64,000 nt of DNA from a virus, in IMG/VR virus record IMGVR_UViG_3300043313_002018, positions 6,730-70,729 of that record; one strand, written 5' to 3'. Made by a program: the position numbers and the translations under genes. Position 1 is the first letter of the stretch. The number at the start of each line of letters is the position of its first letter. Below, one piece after another: positions 18,662-27,990 of the stretch. The notes under the pieces were generated by a model. That model was not told the origin of the DNA. It ran no database searches and was given only the letters and a program-made list of their open reading frames with translations.

Positions 18662-19636
18662 TTAGTAGCCGTATCCTACACCCGAGCCGCCGCCCCAGTA
18701 GTCACCAAGGCTGGCATCGGTCGAGCGCAGCAGGTGCGTGTCCATCGGCACGATGCCCTGCACCCAGCGCCAGTCCACCCGGTTGTACTCTTCCGCCGGC
18801 GACGTATCCTCGTCCCGCACGCTAATCTGCTGCAGGGACTCCTGAAACGCCTTCTCGAGCATCTGCGCCAGCTGCAAGTTGAAGTACGGATTCTTGCGCT
18901 CGGCGGTCCCGGGATACAACGCACATTTGGCGAGGGCCCCGGTTTCCAAGACTTCCGCCCGCGTCGCAAACTGGCCCTGCAGCCGGTCGTCATCCGTGGG
19001 TTCCAGCTTGGCGTAGTAGCTCATCTGGTAGACGGCCGTGGCGCTCGGGTAGGGCCACCACTCGTAGACCTGCCGCCCGTCCATCGTGCCGCCGCCGGTC
19101 CACACGCCGCGCGCGGCAATGATACGGGCGGTCGAGTCCGCCCAGAGGCGATTCGGATCCCAGCGATCGAGCTGCTCGCTCGTGTACCACCAGGGCATGG
19201 CTTGCTGCACGACCAGGTTGGAGAGTGTGCGGCAGCCGTCGAAGTTCTCCGGGAGAAACAGGAAGGCGCTGGAAATGGTCACGGTGAGCGACCCGCCGGT
19301 CCCGGCCCACGCCTGATCGAGCGTCGCCTCGGTGTACCCGGCGTCGATCGCGACGATGGTGTACGGCACGCCCTGATTGGTCGCACGGACCTGCCGATTC
19401 AGATCGCTGGCGACAAAGGCCCCGGTCAGGGTGGCCGACCCCTGCGTCGCCACAACCGCCAGCGTCCGGCTCGCCACCGTGGTCGGCTGGTACCACCGCC
19501 GCATCCAGCTAAAGCGCCGGCCGCCGGTGGCGTCCTGGTAGGCGTCCTGCACATAGCTCCGCACCAGCATCGGCGGCACCGCCGAGGCTTGCAAGGACAC
19601 CTTGCGCCAGAGATCGCCGAAGGTCGTCGCGGCCAT
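18662..19636 (-). CDS. Head-tail adaptor-like protein (paralogue 3) with an Ig-like insertion
   Basis: TFGDL..KV...VQDAYQD...FSW...LPENFD...YEWWPYPS...Y adaptor pattern. Confidence 0.6.
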   Translation of the reverse strand: MAATTFGDLWRKVSLQASAVPPMLVRSYVQDAYQDATGGRRFSWMRRWYQPTTVASRTLAVVATQGSATLTGAFVASDLNRQVRATNQGVPYTIVAIDAGYTEATLDQAWAGTGGSLTVTISSAFLFLPENFDGCRTLSNLVVQQAMPWWYTSEQLDRWDPNRLWADSTARIIAARGVWTGGGTMDGRQVYEWWPYPSATAVYQMSYYAKLEPTDDDRLQGQFATRAEVLETGALAKCALYPGTAERKNPYFNLQLAQMLEKAFQESLQQISVRDEDTSPAEEYNRVDWRWVQGIVPMDTHLLRSTDASLGDYWGGGSGVGYGY

Positions 19637-19671
19637 GGGAAGCGGACACCTAGGCAGAGCCTAGGGCATCC

Positions 19672-19995
19672 CTAGCGTCCCAGCGCTTCGGCGCGGAACG
19701 TGTACGCGCTGAGGTTCGTGCCGTTGGCGATTTCCGCGCCGGCCAGGTCGAACCACTGCATCTTCTGCGTGGTGAAGTTGTACCGCGCGATGCGAATGTC
19801 CGTGCCGTTGTACGCCGCTTCCGGGTTGATGAACATGATCCGGCCGAGGCCGAACGTGTTCAGGAGGTTGATCACCTCACCGCCGGTTGGGTAGCTCGTG
19901 GGGCCGTCCCAACGGAACACCCGGCGCATGTATTCGGCGGTCTTGTCTCGAAAGGGGGTTCCGACGAGGACGTCGTTCGTGAGATTGATAGGCAC
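19672..19995 (-). CDS. Putative head decoration/fibre protein
   Basis: WDGPTSYPTGGE...GL..I...EIANGTNLS...R.EA.G family; GTG start with GGAAGGA RBS. Confidence 0.5.
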   Translation of the reverse strand: MPINLTNDVLVGTPFRDKTAEYMRRVFRWDGPTSYPTGGEVINLLNTFGLGRIMFINPEAAYNGTDIRIARYNFTTQKMQWFDLAGAEIANGTNLSAYTFRAEALGR

Positions 19996-20016
19996 TGGCA
20001 AATCCTTCCGTGAGCG

Positions 20017-20151
20017 GGGACCTCGCGCGATCGGGGCTGAGTCCGACCGGCGCGGGTCCCGTTAAGCTGCAACGGCCTCGGGGCGAGCCGGGCGCGCACC
20101 ACAGCCGACCCAAAGACTCAGGCGGGAGTCGCGCCGTGCGCGTCCCCCGCC
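20017..20151 (-). ncRNA. Structured intergenic RNA element (two GC-rich hairpins, possible pseudoknot)
   Basis: Hairpin 20121-20151; 17-bp hairpin 20017-20060; 7-nt complementarity between CTGAGTC and the loop region GACTCAG. Confidence 0.4.
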
Positions 20152-20160
20152 ACCTTTCCC

Positions 20161-20715
20161 TTAGAACACCTGCGGAATCGCCAGGTCCACCGCGCACTGC
20201 GCGTTGGCGGCGTCGTAGGTGCCCGCGGTCACGCCCATCGGCGGATACGTGCTCGCGCTGCCCGCGGCCAGGCAGTCGGCCTTGCCGGCGGTCGCGCTCG
20301 GGATCACGATCTTGCCCGTGGCGTCCGGCGTGCTGGTCGGCGCGTCCACGAACTTCACCGACGGGTGACGCCCGCCGTTCTGGATGATCGCCAGCCGGCC
20401 CGGGGTCACCGCGCCGAGGTAGACGCCGGCCACCTGGCCGCGATTGGTCGTCGCGGTCGTGGTCTGGTACGTCAGGCGGTTCTTCCACCACGCCGTCGCG
20501 CCGTTGAACGGCGCCGTGGTCATGGTGCTGTCGGTGCGGACCAGCTGAATGTTCTTGCTGGCCTTGGGGTCCGCCGCGGTACCCGCGCCGAACACGAAGG
20601 TGCACGAGCCACCGATCATGCCCGGGTACCGCCAATCGGATTCGGCAATGTTGAATTGCGCCGGATCGTTGGAGTTCGGCAGGTAGAGCGGCTGAATACG
20701 GATGTTGTTTGGCAT
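20161..20715 (-). CDS. Capsid cement/decoration protein
   Basis: Immediately after the MCP; GVYLGAVTPG...IIQNGG and GK.D beta-tulip-like pattern. Confidence 0.55.
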   Translation of the reverse strand: MPNNIRIQPLYLPNSNDPAQFNIAESDWRYPGMIGGSCTFVFGAGTAADPKASKNIQLVRTDSTMTTAPFNGATAWWKNRLTYQTTTATTNRGQVAGVYLGAVTPGRLAIIQNGGRHPSVKFVDAPTSTPDATGKIVIPSATAGKADCLAAGSASTYPPMGVTAGTYDAANAQCAVDLAIPQVF

Positions 20716-20732
20716 GACGTCTAAAGCCGCTC

Positions 20733-21806
20733 CTAGTTCAGGAAGCCGAACAACCCGCGCTGGAGACGGGGCGTTCGGCAGGTGAAGTTGCCAGCGAAAA
20801 GAATCTGGCCTGCCAGCATGTTGTCGTCACGCGCGCCCTTGAACCCGGTGAAGCCGAACGCGAACTTCGGCGACGCCGCGATGTAGAGGCGCAGGTACGC
20901 ATCGTTGCCCTGGGGACCGAAATTCATCCACCAGAACGTCTCGCCGACGGTCGCGTCAGTGAGGTAGTTGCCCAGGTTCGGGTCGTTCTGCCCGTCGAGG
21001 CCGGGGCAGTACTGGGACTCGACGATCGTGGCCTGGTTGAACTTCAGGCCGGGCCACTCGATCTCGGGGTCCTTGACGTCGATGATCTGGTGCGGGAGGA
21101 AGTTCTCCGACAGGAACGCCATCGCGCGGTTGGTGGTGACGCCGAGCTGCGGGTGCTCCTTGCCGATCACCGACGCGCGGTAGGTGTGGGTCAGCATGCG
21201 GTAGCTGGCCTGCGAGACGGAGTTCGTGCTGATCACGCCGGTGGGCGTGTTCAGCGCGCGACCGACGCCCGAGCGCAGCTGCCCGCCGTAGGACGGGAAG
21301 GTGGCGCCGGTCCAGGTCGTGTTCACGCCGTCGGTGAACGCCTCCTCGAGGCCGTTGATCTCGAGGGAACGATCGCTGCCGCCGCTACCGGACAGATCCT
21401 GCCCGTTGCGGAAGATCGCAATCTCGAGGATGGCGCTCATGGCGAGCGCCGCCTCGGCGAGATCCTGCTTCACCGTGGAGAACATCGCCATCGGGCCCGC
21501 GAGCTCGACTTCAATGTCCTCGAGGTACTCGGTCACGTTGACCTGGTAGTACCGCGGGGTGAACAGCAAACCCGTCTTGGTCTGCTTGCGCGTGAGGGCG
21601 AAGTTGCCGCCCTTCGCATAGGCGCCGCCGGCGGGCGCGTCATACAGGAAGTTCTCCTGAATCTGCGGGCCGTTCCAACGCCGGTTGAACCGGGACTTGA
21701 GCTTTGCGGTGACCGGGCCCGCCAGGAAGTAGTTGTCGACTACGCCCGGGAGGATTTCCTTCTGCGTCACCGTGTTCAGCTCGTTGAGCTGTGGAGCAAA
21801 TAGCAT
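20733..21806 (-). CDS. Major capsid protein (HK97 fold)
   Basis: 357 aa after the scaffold; EL...TQKEILPG.VDNYF...G.QIQ...LY...Y...V....DI...G...M...VK..L.EA...LE..IF.NG. Confidence 0.8.
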   Translation of the reverse strand: MLFAPQLNELNTVTQKEILPGVVDNYFLAGPVTAKLKSRFNRRWNGPQIQENFLYDAPAGGAYAKGGNFALTRKQTKTGLLFTPRYYQVNVTEYLEDIEVELAGPMAMFSTVKQDLAEAALAMSAILEIAIFRNGQDLSGSGGSDRSLEINGLEEAFTDGVNTTWTGATFPSYGGQLRSGVGRALNTPTGVISTNSVSQASYRMLTHTYRASVIGKEHPQLGVTTNRAMAFLSENFLPHQIIDVKDPEIEWPGLKFNQATIVESQYCPGLDGQNDPNLGNYLTDATVGETFWWMNFGPQGNDAYLRLYIAASPKFAFGFTGFKGARDDNMLAGQILFAGNFTCRTPRLQRGLFGFLN

Positions 21807-21840
21807 CTGGGGTTCTCCGAAAATCTATCCGTGCTGGCGC

Positions 21841-22641
21841 TTAGGCCCGGCCGCTCACGAGCTGGTCGTACATCCGGGCCGCGGCCGCGGGATCGCCCTT
21901 GGGCCGTGCCGCCGGATCGAGACTCAGCGCATCGAGGGGACTGCCTTCGCCGCCCATCGGATAGGGCATGTCAACGGGCCCGGTGCTGGCAATCTTGCGG
22001 CGCTCGTCCGCGCGAATTTCTTCCTCGCGCGCGGTCACCGCATCGGCACGCATCTTCTCGAGCTTGTCCTTGTGGACCAGCTCGTAGACGCCGCGTACCC
22101 CCAGCTCCCCGATTTGGGGATGCCGGACCAGATCGTTCACGTTGAGCGTTTCCTTGAAATTCTGACGGTGAAAGTCCGCAAACTGCACGGCATCGCTGAC
22201 GTACTGCACGTACGCACCCTCGCGCGGCGCGAGTGTCTCGGCCACAATCTTGGCAACGTCTTCCTTGGTCATGGGTCCGGCTCCTGGCTGGCGTTCGGCT
22301 GGTAATTCGTCCGTGGTGGTGGTGCGGGTCCCCGCGGCTGCCTCGCGTTCCTGCAGCTTGCGCTCACGCTCGGTGAGCTCGGTTTCCTTCTCCGCCTTCC
22401 ACGAATCCAGACGGCCTCGCCAGTCGGTGAGGCGTGCTTGCGTGGTCGTTGTCTGCGTCCGAAGCCGCTCGAGCTCCGCGCGTTCTTCGTCAAGTGGCGA
22501 CACCCGAGAGCCCACGGTTTCGAGGGCGGTCAGTGCCTCCGGCGAAGAGAGGATCGTGTCGATGTTGCCCCGCAAGTTGTCCGGCAACTTGCTCTTGAGT
22601 TCGTCGAGGAATGTCTTCCCGAGATCTGCTTTCCCAGCCAT
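21841..22641 (-). CDS. Capsid scaffolding protein
   Basis: Charged coiled-coil protein directly upstream of the MCP. Confidence 0.7.
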   Translation of the reverse strand: MAGKADLGKTFLDELKSKLPDNLRGNIDTILSSPEALTALETVGSRVSPLDEERAELERLRTQTTTTQARLTDWRGRLDSWKAEKETELTERERKLQEREAAAGTRTTTTDELPAERQPGAGPMTKEDVAKIVAETLAPREGAYVQYVSDAVQFADFHRQNFKETLNVNDLVRHPQIGELGVRGVYELVHKDKLEKMRADAVTAREEEIRADERRKIASTGPVDMPYPMGGEGSPLDALSLDPAARPKGDPAAAARMYDQLVSGRA

Positions 22642-22667
22642 TGTGCGCGTCTACCTTCTCTGGTCGG

Positions 22668-23051
22668 CTAGGCAGGATTGCCGTTTTGCGGCGGGAACGG
22701 CGCGGCCCCGGGAAACTCCCGGCCCACGCTGCTCATCGTCGACGGCGCTCCGCCTGCGAGGACCAGCTTGCTGAGCCCGCGCTGCAGCAGGTCCTTGGCG
22801 GCAGCGATTTCGGGCGCAATGTCGGGGACCATCTGGGCCATGTCATCGAACATGCCCGAGATGGACTCGCCGGACTTGAGGATCCCCATGAGGACCTCGG
22901 GCGGGAGCTGGCGGGCAGGAGCGCCCAGGCCAGAGCTACCCACGTTGCCGGGGTTCTGGAGATCGGAGAAGCTGGGGTTCATCGGGTTGGGCGGCGGAGC
23001 GTCGAGACTGCTCGAGCCCATCCCGCTGCCGGCCGTGCGTCCCGGGAACAT
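22668..23051 (-). CDS. Hypothetical head-region protein
   Basis: Pro/Gly/Met-rich with a helical C-terminus; TAAATG coupling. Confidence 0.55.
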   Translation of the reverse strand: MFPGRTAGSGMGSSSLDAPPPNPMNPSFSDLQNPGNVGSSGLGAPARQLPPEVLMGILKSGESISGMFDDMAQMVPDIAPEIAAAKDLLQRGLSKLVLAGGAPSTMSSVGREFPGAAPFPPQNGNPA

Positions 23052-23237
23052 TTACTTGCCTGAGACTTTCTTGGCGAAGGGGTTCTTGCCGGCCTTCTTC
23101 TTGCCGGCGGACTTTTTCGCGGGCGGCTTGCCGGCCTTCTTGGCGAAGGGGTTGCCGCTCGGCGCGGGCGCGGCACCGGCAGCCACACCGGCGCCCATCG
23201 GGGGTTGACCTGCACCCATGTTCGGAGGAAAGCCCAT
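23052..23237 (-). CDS. Small Lys/Ala/Pro-rich basic protein (61 aa)
   Basis: ATG 23237 with AAGGA RBS; NPFAKK occurs twice. Confidence 0.55.
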   Translation of the reverse strand: MGFPPNMGAGQPPMGAGVAAGAAPAPSGNPFAKKAGKPPAKKSAGKKKAGKNPFAKKVSGK

Positions 23238-23286
23238 ATATTGTGTCCTTGAGGCCCCCCGCGACCGGCTGAACGCCTGTACACGC

Positions 23287-23328
23287 AAAAAGGGCGGGAT
23301 CGGCAGTGTGAGCTACCAATTCCGCCCT
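23287..23328 (-). terminator. Intrinsic terminator/attenuator-like hairpin upstream of the head genes
   Basis: Minus strand AGGGCGG-A-ATTGGTAG-ctcaca-CTGCCGAT-C-CCGCCCT followed by TTTT. Confidence 0.6.
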
Positions 23329-23364
23329 CGATACCCAACAGAGCGCCGAAGCGTCCGCGAGAGG

Positions 23365-23598
23365 CTACGGCGAAGAGGATGGGGCCGAGCTACCCGGTCT
23401 GTCAACAGATTTGTTCGCCGGGTGCTCGGGGAAGCGCAGAACGTGCGGCCGTCCCAGCTCAACCATTTGCGGCTGGCCGTTCAGGAAGTGCAGGGTGACC
23501 GGTCCCGTGAAGCGCAGGGCGTGCATCGTCCCCAGCATCTCGGCGAAGCCGGCTGCCTGCTGCCGCAGGACCTCCTCGACTTCCACAGCGGTCGGCAT
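23365..23598 (-). CDS. Small hypothetical protein (DUF2292-like pattern)
   Basis: FTGPVTLHFLNGQPQMVE; coupled to the portal stop. Confidence 0.45.
   Translation of the reverse strand: MPTAVEVEEVLRQQAAGFAEMLGTMHALRFTGPVTLHFLNGQPQMVELGRPHVLRFPEHPANKSVDRPGSSAPSSSP
23376..23405 (-). promoter_or_regulatory. Sigma70-like promoter TTGACA-N18-CATCCT
   Basis: Read directly; the -35 lies inside the palindrome CTGTCAACAG. Confidence 0.5.
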
Positions 23599-25767
23599 CT
23601 ACTTCTTGCTCTCCGTGGTGGTGGTGCGGGTGCCACCGTTGCCGTCCGACTTCTCCTCCTGCTTGGGCGTGTCGCCGCCGGACGCTTTCCGCCCCGCCGG
23701 ATTCTCGGTCATGCCAATGCCCATCATCATCTGCGCCTGCAGGCGCTCGACCACGGTGATCGGCACCCGCATCTCCAAGATCTGCCCGCTGGCCGGGTCC
23801 ATGATGTACTTCCCGGGGTTTTGCGCAAGCAGCAGCATCAGCGCTTCCGGCGTCGCCGTCTGTTCCGGCTTCAGCGGCGGCATCGGCGGCAACGGCATCG
23901 GCGGCGGCGACCCGAAGTTCGGAATCTCCATCGCCTCGGCCAGCGACCACGCATCGTAGTAGCCCATGCGCGCCAGCTGAAATTTCATCATCTTCTCCTG
24001 CTGCGCGTTGAACGCCAGCACGGAGTTCGGTGCCACCACAAACACCATCAGCTTCGCCATGGTCTGCGCGCGCACGCTCCGCGGCAGGTTCTTGTCGAAC
24101 GCCGGGTCGTAGTCCGGGTTCGGCACGTGCATCAGCATCGGGGCGCCCAGCGGGTCGACGCCGACCTGCTGCGGCATCGTGTTCGACATCGCCGGAATGA
24201 GCGAGTCCGGCTCGTAGTCGAAGTCCTCGAGCAGCGCGCCGGCGTCACCGAGGATGGCGATGCGCTTGGCCGAATCCATGAACTGGAACGTGTTGAAGGA
24301 GAGCTGCGCGCTGGCCCGGCGCAGGAACGCTTCCATCATGCGCCCTTCCATGCGGAGCTCGGGGGTCAGCATCTCCTGGTATTTCTCGAGCGTGTCGCCC
24401 GCGGGGAGCTGCGAACGCATCTGAAGGAGCGCCTCGAGGTTGCCGGTACCCGCTAAGCTCTGGAAGTCCGACTTCAGCGAGGTAAACCACTGGAAGTTCT
24501 GCGCCAGCACCTGCGGATTGGGCCCATCGAGCTTCGTGACCACCTTGGAAGGATCGACCACGTTCGTCTTCAGCTTGAACGTGAATCCCGGTTTGCGGGA
24601 GTCGTAGCTCTTGGCCGTGGCCTCGGAGACGGCATTGCGATCGAGCACCACCTGCCGGTCCATCCACTGCTCAATGCCCATCTTCATGTGCTTGCCCGCG
24701 AGGTTGATCGCGTTCTGCACACCGGTGAGCGAGGCGAGCTGCGACTGCCCGAGGAAGTGCCAGGGGAGTTTCCACAGGTGGAGACGGGCGAAGGGGAACT
24801 TGCCGTGCCAGTACGGGTTCGGGCCGTCGTACAGGATCAGGTCCTGCGTGCTGACGACGAGCCGCTTGGTCGGGTACATGTAGCCCCCGGGCTCGACCGT
24901 GTACTGGAAGGACTTTTCTCCCATGACGATGGGGCGGGAGCCGAGATTTCGCGTACGATCATCGAGGTACGCCCGGTACAGAATGCAGTCGCCTGAGCGA
25001 GGCGGTCCAGCCATCCGAGCGCCTCCACCCAAGTTGCTGAGTGGGTCAGCTGGTGTCTGAAACTGTTGAGGACGTCGGAAGAAGATCCCCTTGATGGAGC
25101 CAAGCAGGCTGTCGTCAGTGGTAGTGATAGCTGCCGCGGCATAGGGGTACTTCTCTCGCAGGCTGTTGACCGACCAGATCTCCCGGAAGATCGCGCCCTG
25201 CCACGTTTGTTCGTCGCCATAGCGTCCCGGCCTCCAGGGCAGCGTGTCCCGCGGGTCCTTCGGAATCACCTGGTGGTCGCCGCCGCCGGGCAGTCCCGGG
25301 TTCCACTCGATCATCATGTCGCCGGTGCCGGCGGCCCAGGCCATCTTGACCACATCCCCGAAGCTGAGGTCGGCCTGGTTGTTCAGCCACCAGGCGATCG
25401 ACAGCAGGTTCAGCTGCTGCGCGTGCATCTGGTACTTGGGGTTGAGCGAGCGCCAGCCAAAGGTGGGCTTCAAGTCGGTGAGCGCAGAGGCATGCGCCTT
25501 CAGCGCCTTCTCGCAGAAGTTAAAGATCATCGGCTCCATGAACTGCGGGAGCCCAGGGGAGTCCGGCGACGGCTGCTGGTCGCCGCTCACGTACCGCATG
25601 CTCTGCGCGATCTTGTCGTAGTTGGGATCCTGCGTGTTGACGGCATCCCCCTCGATGATCGCGTCCGACAACCAGCCGAGGACCCGACTGGCGTACTGCC
25701 CGTCCTTACGCTGCAGCGCGGCGTCGGTGAGGGTGGGGAACTGGTAGATCCCGCTGGAGCTGTACAT
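23599..25767 (-). CDS. Portal protein
   Basis: 722 aa between terminase and scaffold/MCP; P22-like portal layout (MEPMIFNFCEKALK...YPTKRL...GKFPF.RL..W..P...G). Confidence 0.8.
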   Translation of the reverse strand: MYSSSGIYQFPTLTDAALQRKDGQYASRVLGWLSDAIIEGDAVNTQDPNYDKIAQSMRYVSGDQQPSPDSPGLPQFMEPMIFNFCEKALKAHASALTDLKPTFGWRSLNPKYQMHAQQLNLLSIAWWLNNQADLSFGDVVKMAWAAGTGDMMIEWNPGLPGGGDHQVIPKDPRDTLPWRPGRYGDEQTWQGAIFREIWSVNSLREKYPYAAAAITTTDDSLLGSIKGIFFRRPQQFQTPADPLSNLGGGARMAGPPRSGDCILYRAYLDDRTRNLGSRPIVMGEKSFQYTVEPGGYMYPTKRLVVSTQDLILYDGPNPYWHGKFPFARLHLWKLPWHFLGQSQLASLTGVQNAINLAGKHMKMGIEQWMDRQVVLDRNAVSEATAKSYDSRKPGFTFKLKTNVVDPSKVVTKLDGPNPQVLAQNFQWFTSLKSDFQSLAGTGNLEALLQMRSQLPAGDTLEKYQEMLTPELRMEGRMMEAFLRRASAQLSFNTFQFMDSAKRIAILGDAGALLEDFDYEPDSLIPAMSNTMPQQVGVDPLGAPMLMHVPNPDYDPAFDKNLPRSVRAQTMAKLMVFVVAPNSVLAFNAQQEKMMKFQLARMGYYDAWSLAEAMEIPNFGSPPPMPLPPMPPLKPEQTATPEALMLLLAQNPGKYIMDPASGQILEMRVPITVVERLQAQMMMGIGMTENPAGRKASGGDTPKQEEKSDGNGGTRTTTTESKK

Positions 25768-26292
25768 TTAGGTGTCCGCCATGCCGGGACCGAGCGCACT
25801 GGCGAGGGATTCGTCAGCACCCGGACCCATCTCCGCCTCAACCGGCTCGCCGTCTACCGCGTCGAAGGTGATTTTCTGCCGGCCCTGGCTGTCCGTTAGC
25901 ACCGGCGCGCGCTGCGGCGGCTCGCCGAAGCTGTTCACGAGCATGCCGCCGTTCTTGGTGTCGTTGTTGAAGGCGCGGAAGCGCATCTCCTGCCCGATGC
26001 CGTCGGCGGCCATCTTCGCACTCTCGGATTCCAATCTTCGAACATCGCGCAGCGACTCCATTCGAAGTTGGTCGCCGCTCCCGTCCTGCACGGGGATTTC
26101 CCACGGCGAGGTGTGCCGGAAGCCAATGGCCGCCGAGCGCTCGCCCGTGAGCTTTCCGTGCAGCTCGGGGTGGTAATCCCGCGTCTGCCGCCACTTCATC
26201 GGCACGCCGCAGTGCTCGGGCACCGGCGCCCCGTCGTGCACCGTCACCCGCGCCGAGCACGCCTCACACGCATAACTACGCACCAGCGGCAT
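25768..26292 (-). CDS. Zn-ribbon (FmdB-like) hypothetical protein
   Basis: MPL..Y.CEAC...HCG..M. Confidence 0.55.
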   Translation of the reverse strand: MPLVRSYACEACSARVTVHDGAPVPEHCGVPMKWRQTRDYHPELHGKLTGERSAAIGFRHTSPWEIPVQDGSGDQLRMESLRDVRRLESESAKMAADGIGQEMRFRAFNNDTKNGGMLVNSFGEPPQRAPVLTDSQGRQKITFDAVDGEPVEAEMGPGADESLASALGPGMADT

Positions 26293-26740
26293 CGGCCGGC
26301 TCCTCATCCTCGAGAGAATCATCCGGGTCGAACCCCGGTGTGTAGAACACGCCCTGGGCCCCCGGCGGGATCATAAAGATCTGCTCGATCACTTTCGCGG
26401 CGACCATGCCGATGAAGCGCTCCGTGGTTTCCCCGGCTTTCTGGGCGCGCTCCTCGATCAGCACGAACTGGCTGGGGGTGAACACCAGGCGGGCGTCGCC
26501 CATGTGGATCTGCGCGGTGGCGGACAGGGCACGATCTAAATCCAGCTTGTTGCGCATCGGCAGGCCGGTGCCCAGGCGATCCGCAATCTCCTGCAGCTCG
26601 TGCAGGCTGAGCACCACGCGGCCGTCGGGCGCATGCAGGGTTTCCGTGAGGCGCAGCGCGACCTCCGCCTCGAGCGAGCGGCGCCCCTTCAACTGGGTTT
26701 GCAGCGTCTCCGCCACATCATCGGGGATTGATACCTTCAT
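26276..26740 (-). CDS. Hypothetical protein, possible ribbon-helix-helix DNA binder
   Basis: MKVSIPDDVAETL start with AAAGGA RBS; second motif LVFTPSQF.LIEERA. Confidence 0.5.
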   Translation of the reverse strand: MKVSIPDDVAETLQTQLKGRRSLEAEVALRLTETLHAPDGRVVLSLHELQEIADRLGTGLPMRNKLDLDRALSATAQIHMGDARLVFTPSQFVLIEERAQKAGETTERFIGMVAAKVIEQIFMIPPGAQGVFYTPGFDPDDSLEDEEPADAAGA

Positions 26741-26753
26741 GCGCGCGGTCCTT

Positions 26754-27065
26754 TCAGCGAAGGGAGTCGGTTGGAACGGTAATGTAGCACGGCCGCCGGC
26801 GATCGGCGGCTTGCACGCCCAAGTCGCGCAGGATGGGGTCGTTGCCGTCCTGCCAGGGATCGGGGAATACCCAGCCGCTGGCGCGGTCGTTGTCCGTGTC
26901 GACACTCACCACCGCGAACGGACGCAGGCCAGCTTCCAGGCGCAGCATCCGAAAGGTCTGCCCGATCAGGACGCCGCCGGGACGGTTCGGGGACTTGCCC
27001 TTAGTGCCAGCTGTATTCGTCGTCGTAGATGATGCCCCGGACGTCGTGGAGTTCTTCAACGTCAT
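26754..27065 (-). CDS. Possible hypothetical protein downstream of terminase
   Basis: C-terminal part looks protein-like (RPFAVVSVDTDNDRASGWVFPDP) but the start is uncertain. Confidence 0.3.
   Translation of the reverse strand: MTLKNSTTSGASSTTTNTAGTKGKSPNRPGGVLIGQTFRMLRLEAGLRPFAVVSVDTDNDRASGWVFPDPWQDGNDPILRDLGVQAADRRRPCYITVPTDSLR
26781..26793 (-). promoter_or_regulatory. Internal extended -10 (GCCGTGCTACATT)
   Basis: Same core as GCCGTGCTATAGT at 31045-31057; both sit just upstream of minus-strand starts. Confidence 0.4.
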
Positions 27066-27990
27066 CCTCCTTGTCGTTGCCGCGGTCGGCAAACTGTTGA
27101 ATTTCTGGTTCGGTGTAGGCCATGTTGCGGTAGTCCTTCTTGGCCGCCTGGTCGCCGGCGATCTGGGTTTGTCGCTGGCGCATCTGGGACAGGCGGCGCC
27201 GGCGCTCGTCCAAGGGCTCCCGCTCCCCGCCCATGAGTCGCCAGCAGACAATGTGGCCGATCGCCAAGGACATGATGCAGTCGTCGTGGGCGCCGCGCGC
27301 CGCTTCCGCCTCCCACAGCGCGCCCTCGGTCTGAAAATCCCCCAGCTCCGCGAGCGTCCACGGGGAGTTGATGCGCAGGTCGGGGAGTCCCGTCTGCGGG
27401 TCGAAGTTGGTAACGGCTTCGTGGAAGTGATCGAGCAGCATCGGCCGCGTGCGCTGGGTCGTGTACCACCCGAGCTTGGTGGTGAAGCGCGAGCTCGGAT
27501 CGATCGCGTCGAGCATCTCCCAGCGGTAGAAGTGCGAGTACCCCAGATGCAGTTGCAGCGTGTCCTGCGTGCTCAACCCGTGGTTGTTCGTTTCGATCGC
27601 GGCCAGCGCCTCCAGCCCGTCGTCGTCGCAGTAGTAGCGGCCGAGCGCGTCACAGACGAAGGCGAGCTCTCTGGGTTTCACCTTGTCGCTGATGAACTGG
27701 GCGACCTGCTCCTCGACGCGATCGAGGGTGCCCATACGGGTGACGTCGACTACCGAGCGGTCCTTGCCAATCCCGTCGGAGACGTCTGCGCTCAGCACGT
27801 ACTTGTAGCCCCGCAGCGGCGGCTCCCAGATCTGGCAGACCTCGAGGAGCTCGCCGATCTGCGCGCGTGCGTAGAGCTCCCCCGGCCCGAGCACGCGGAA
27901 GCCGTAGCCCACCGGGATGTAAGCCGGGTTGTCGGTGACCTTCTGGAGCTTCTTGGGGAGCGGCGGGAGGTGCTTGCGCGTGGTGCTCAA
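27001..27990 (-). CDS. terL: Terminase large subunit, C-terminal RNase H-like nuclease domain (separate ORF)
   Basis: YVLSADVSDGIGKDRS, AIETNNHG, LGWYTT..TRP, GAHDDCIMSLAI. TTG start with GGAGG RBS overlapping the upstream TGA. Confidence 0.85.
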   Translation of the reverse strand: MSTTRKHLPPLPKKLQKVTDNPAYIPVGYGFRVLGPGELYARAQIGELLEVCQIWEPPLRGYKYVLSADVSDGIGKDRSVVDVTRMGTLDRVEEQVAQFISDKVKPRELAFVCDALGRYYCDDDGLEALAAIETNNHGLSTQDTLQLHLGYSHFYRWEMLDAIDPSSRFTTKLGWYTTQRTRPMLLDHFHEAVTNFDPQTGLPDLRINSPWTLAELGDFQTEGALWEAEAARGAHDDCIMSLAIGHIVCWRLMGGEREPLDERRRRLSQMRQRQTQIAGDQAAKKDYRNMAYTEPEIQQFADRGNDKEDDVEELHDVRGIIYDDEYSWH

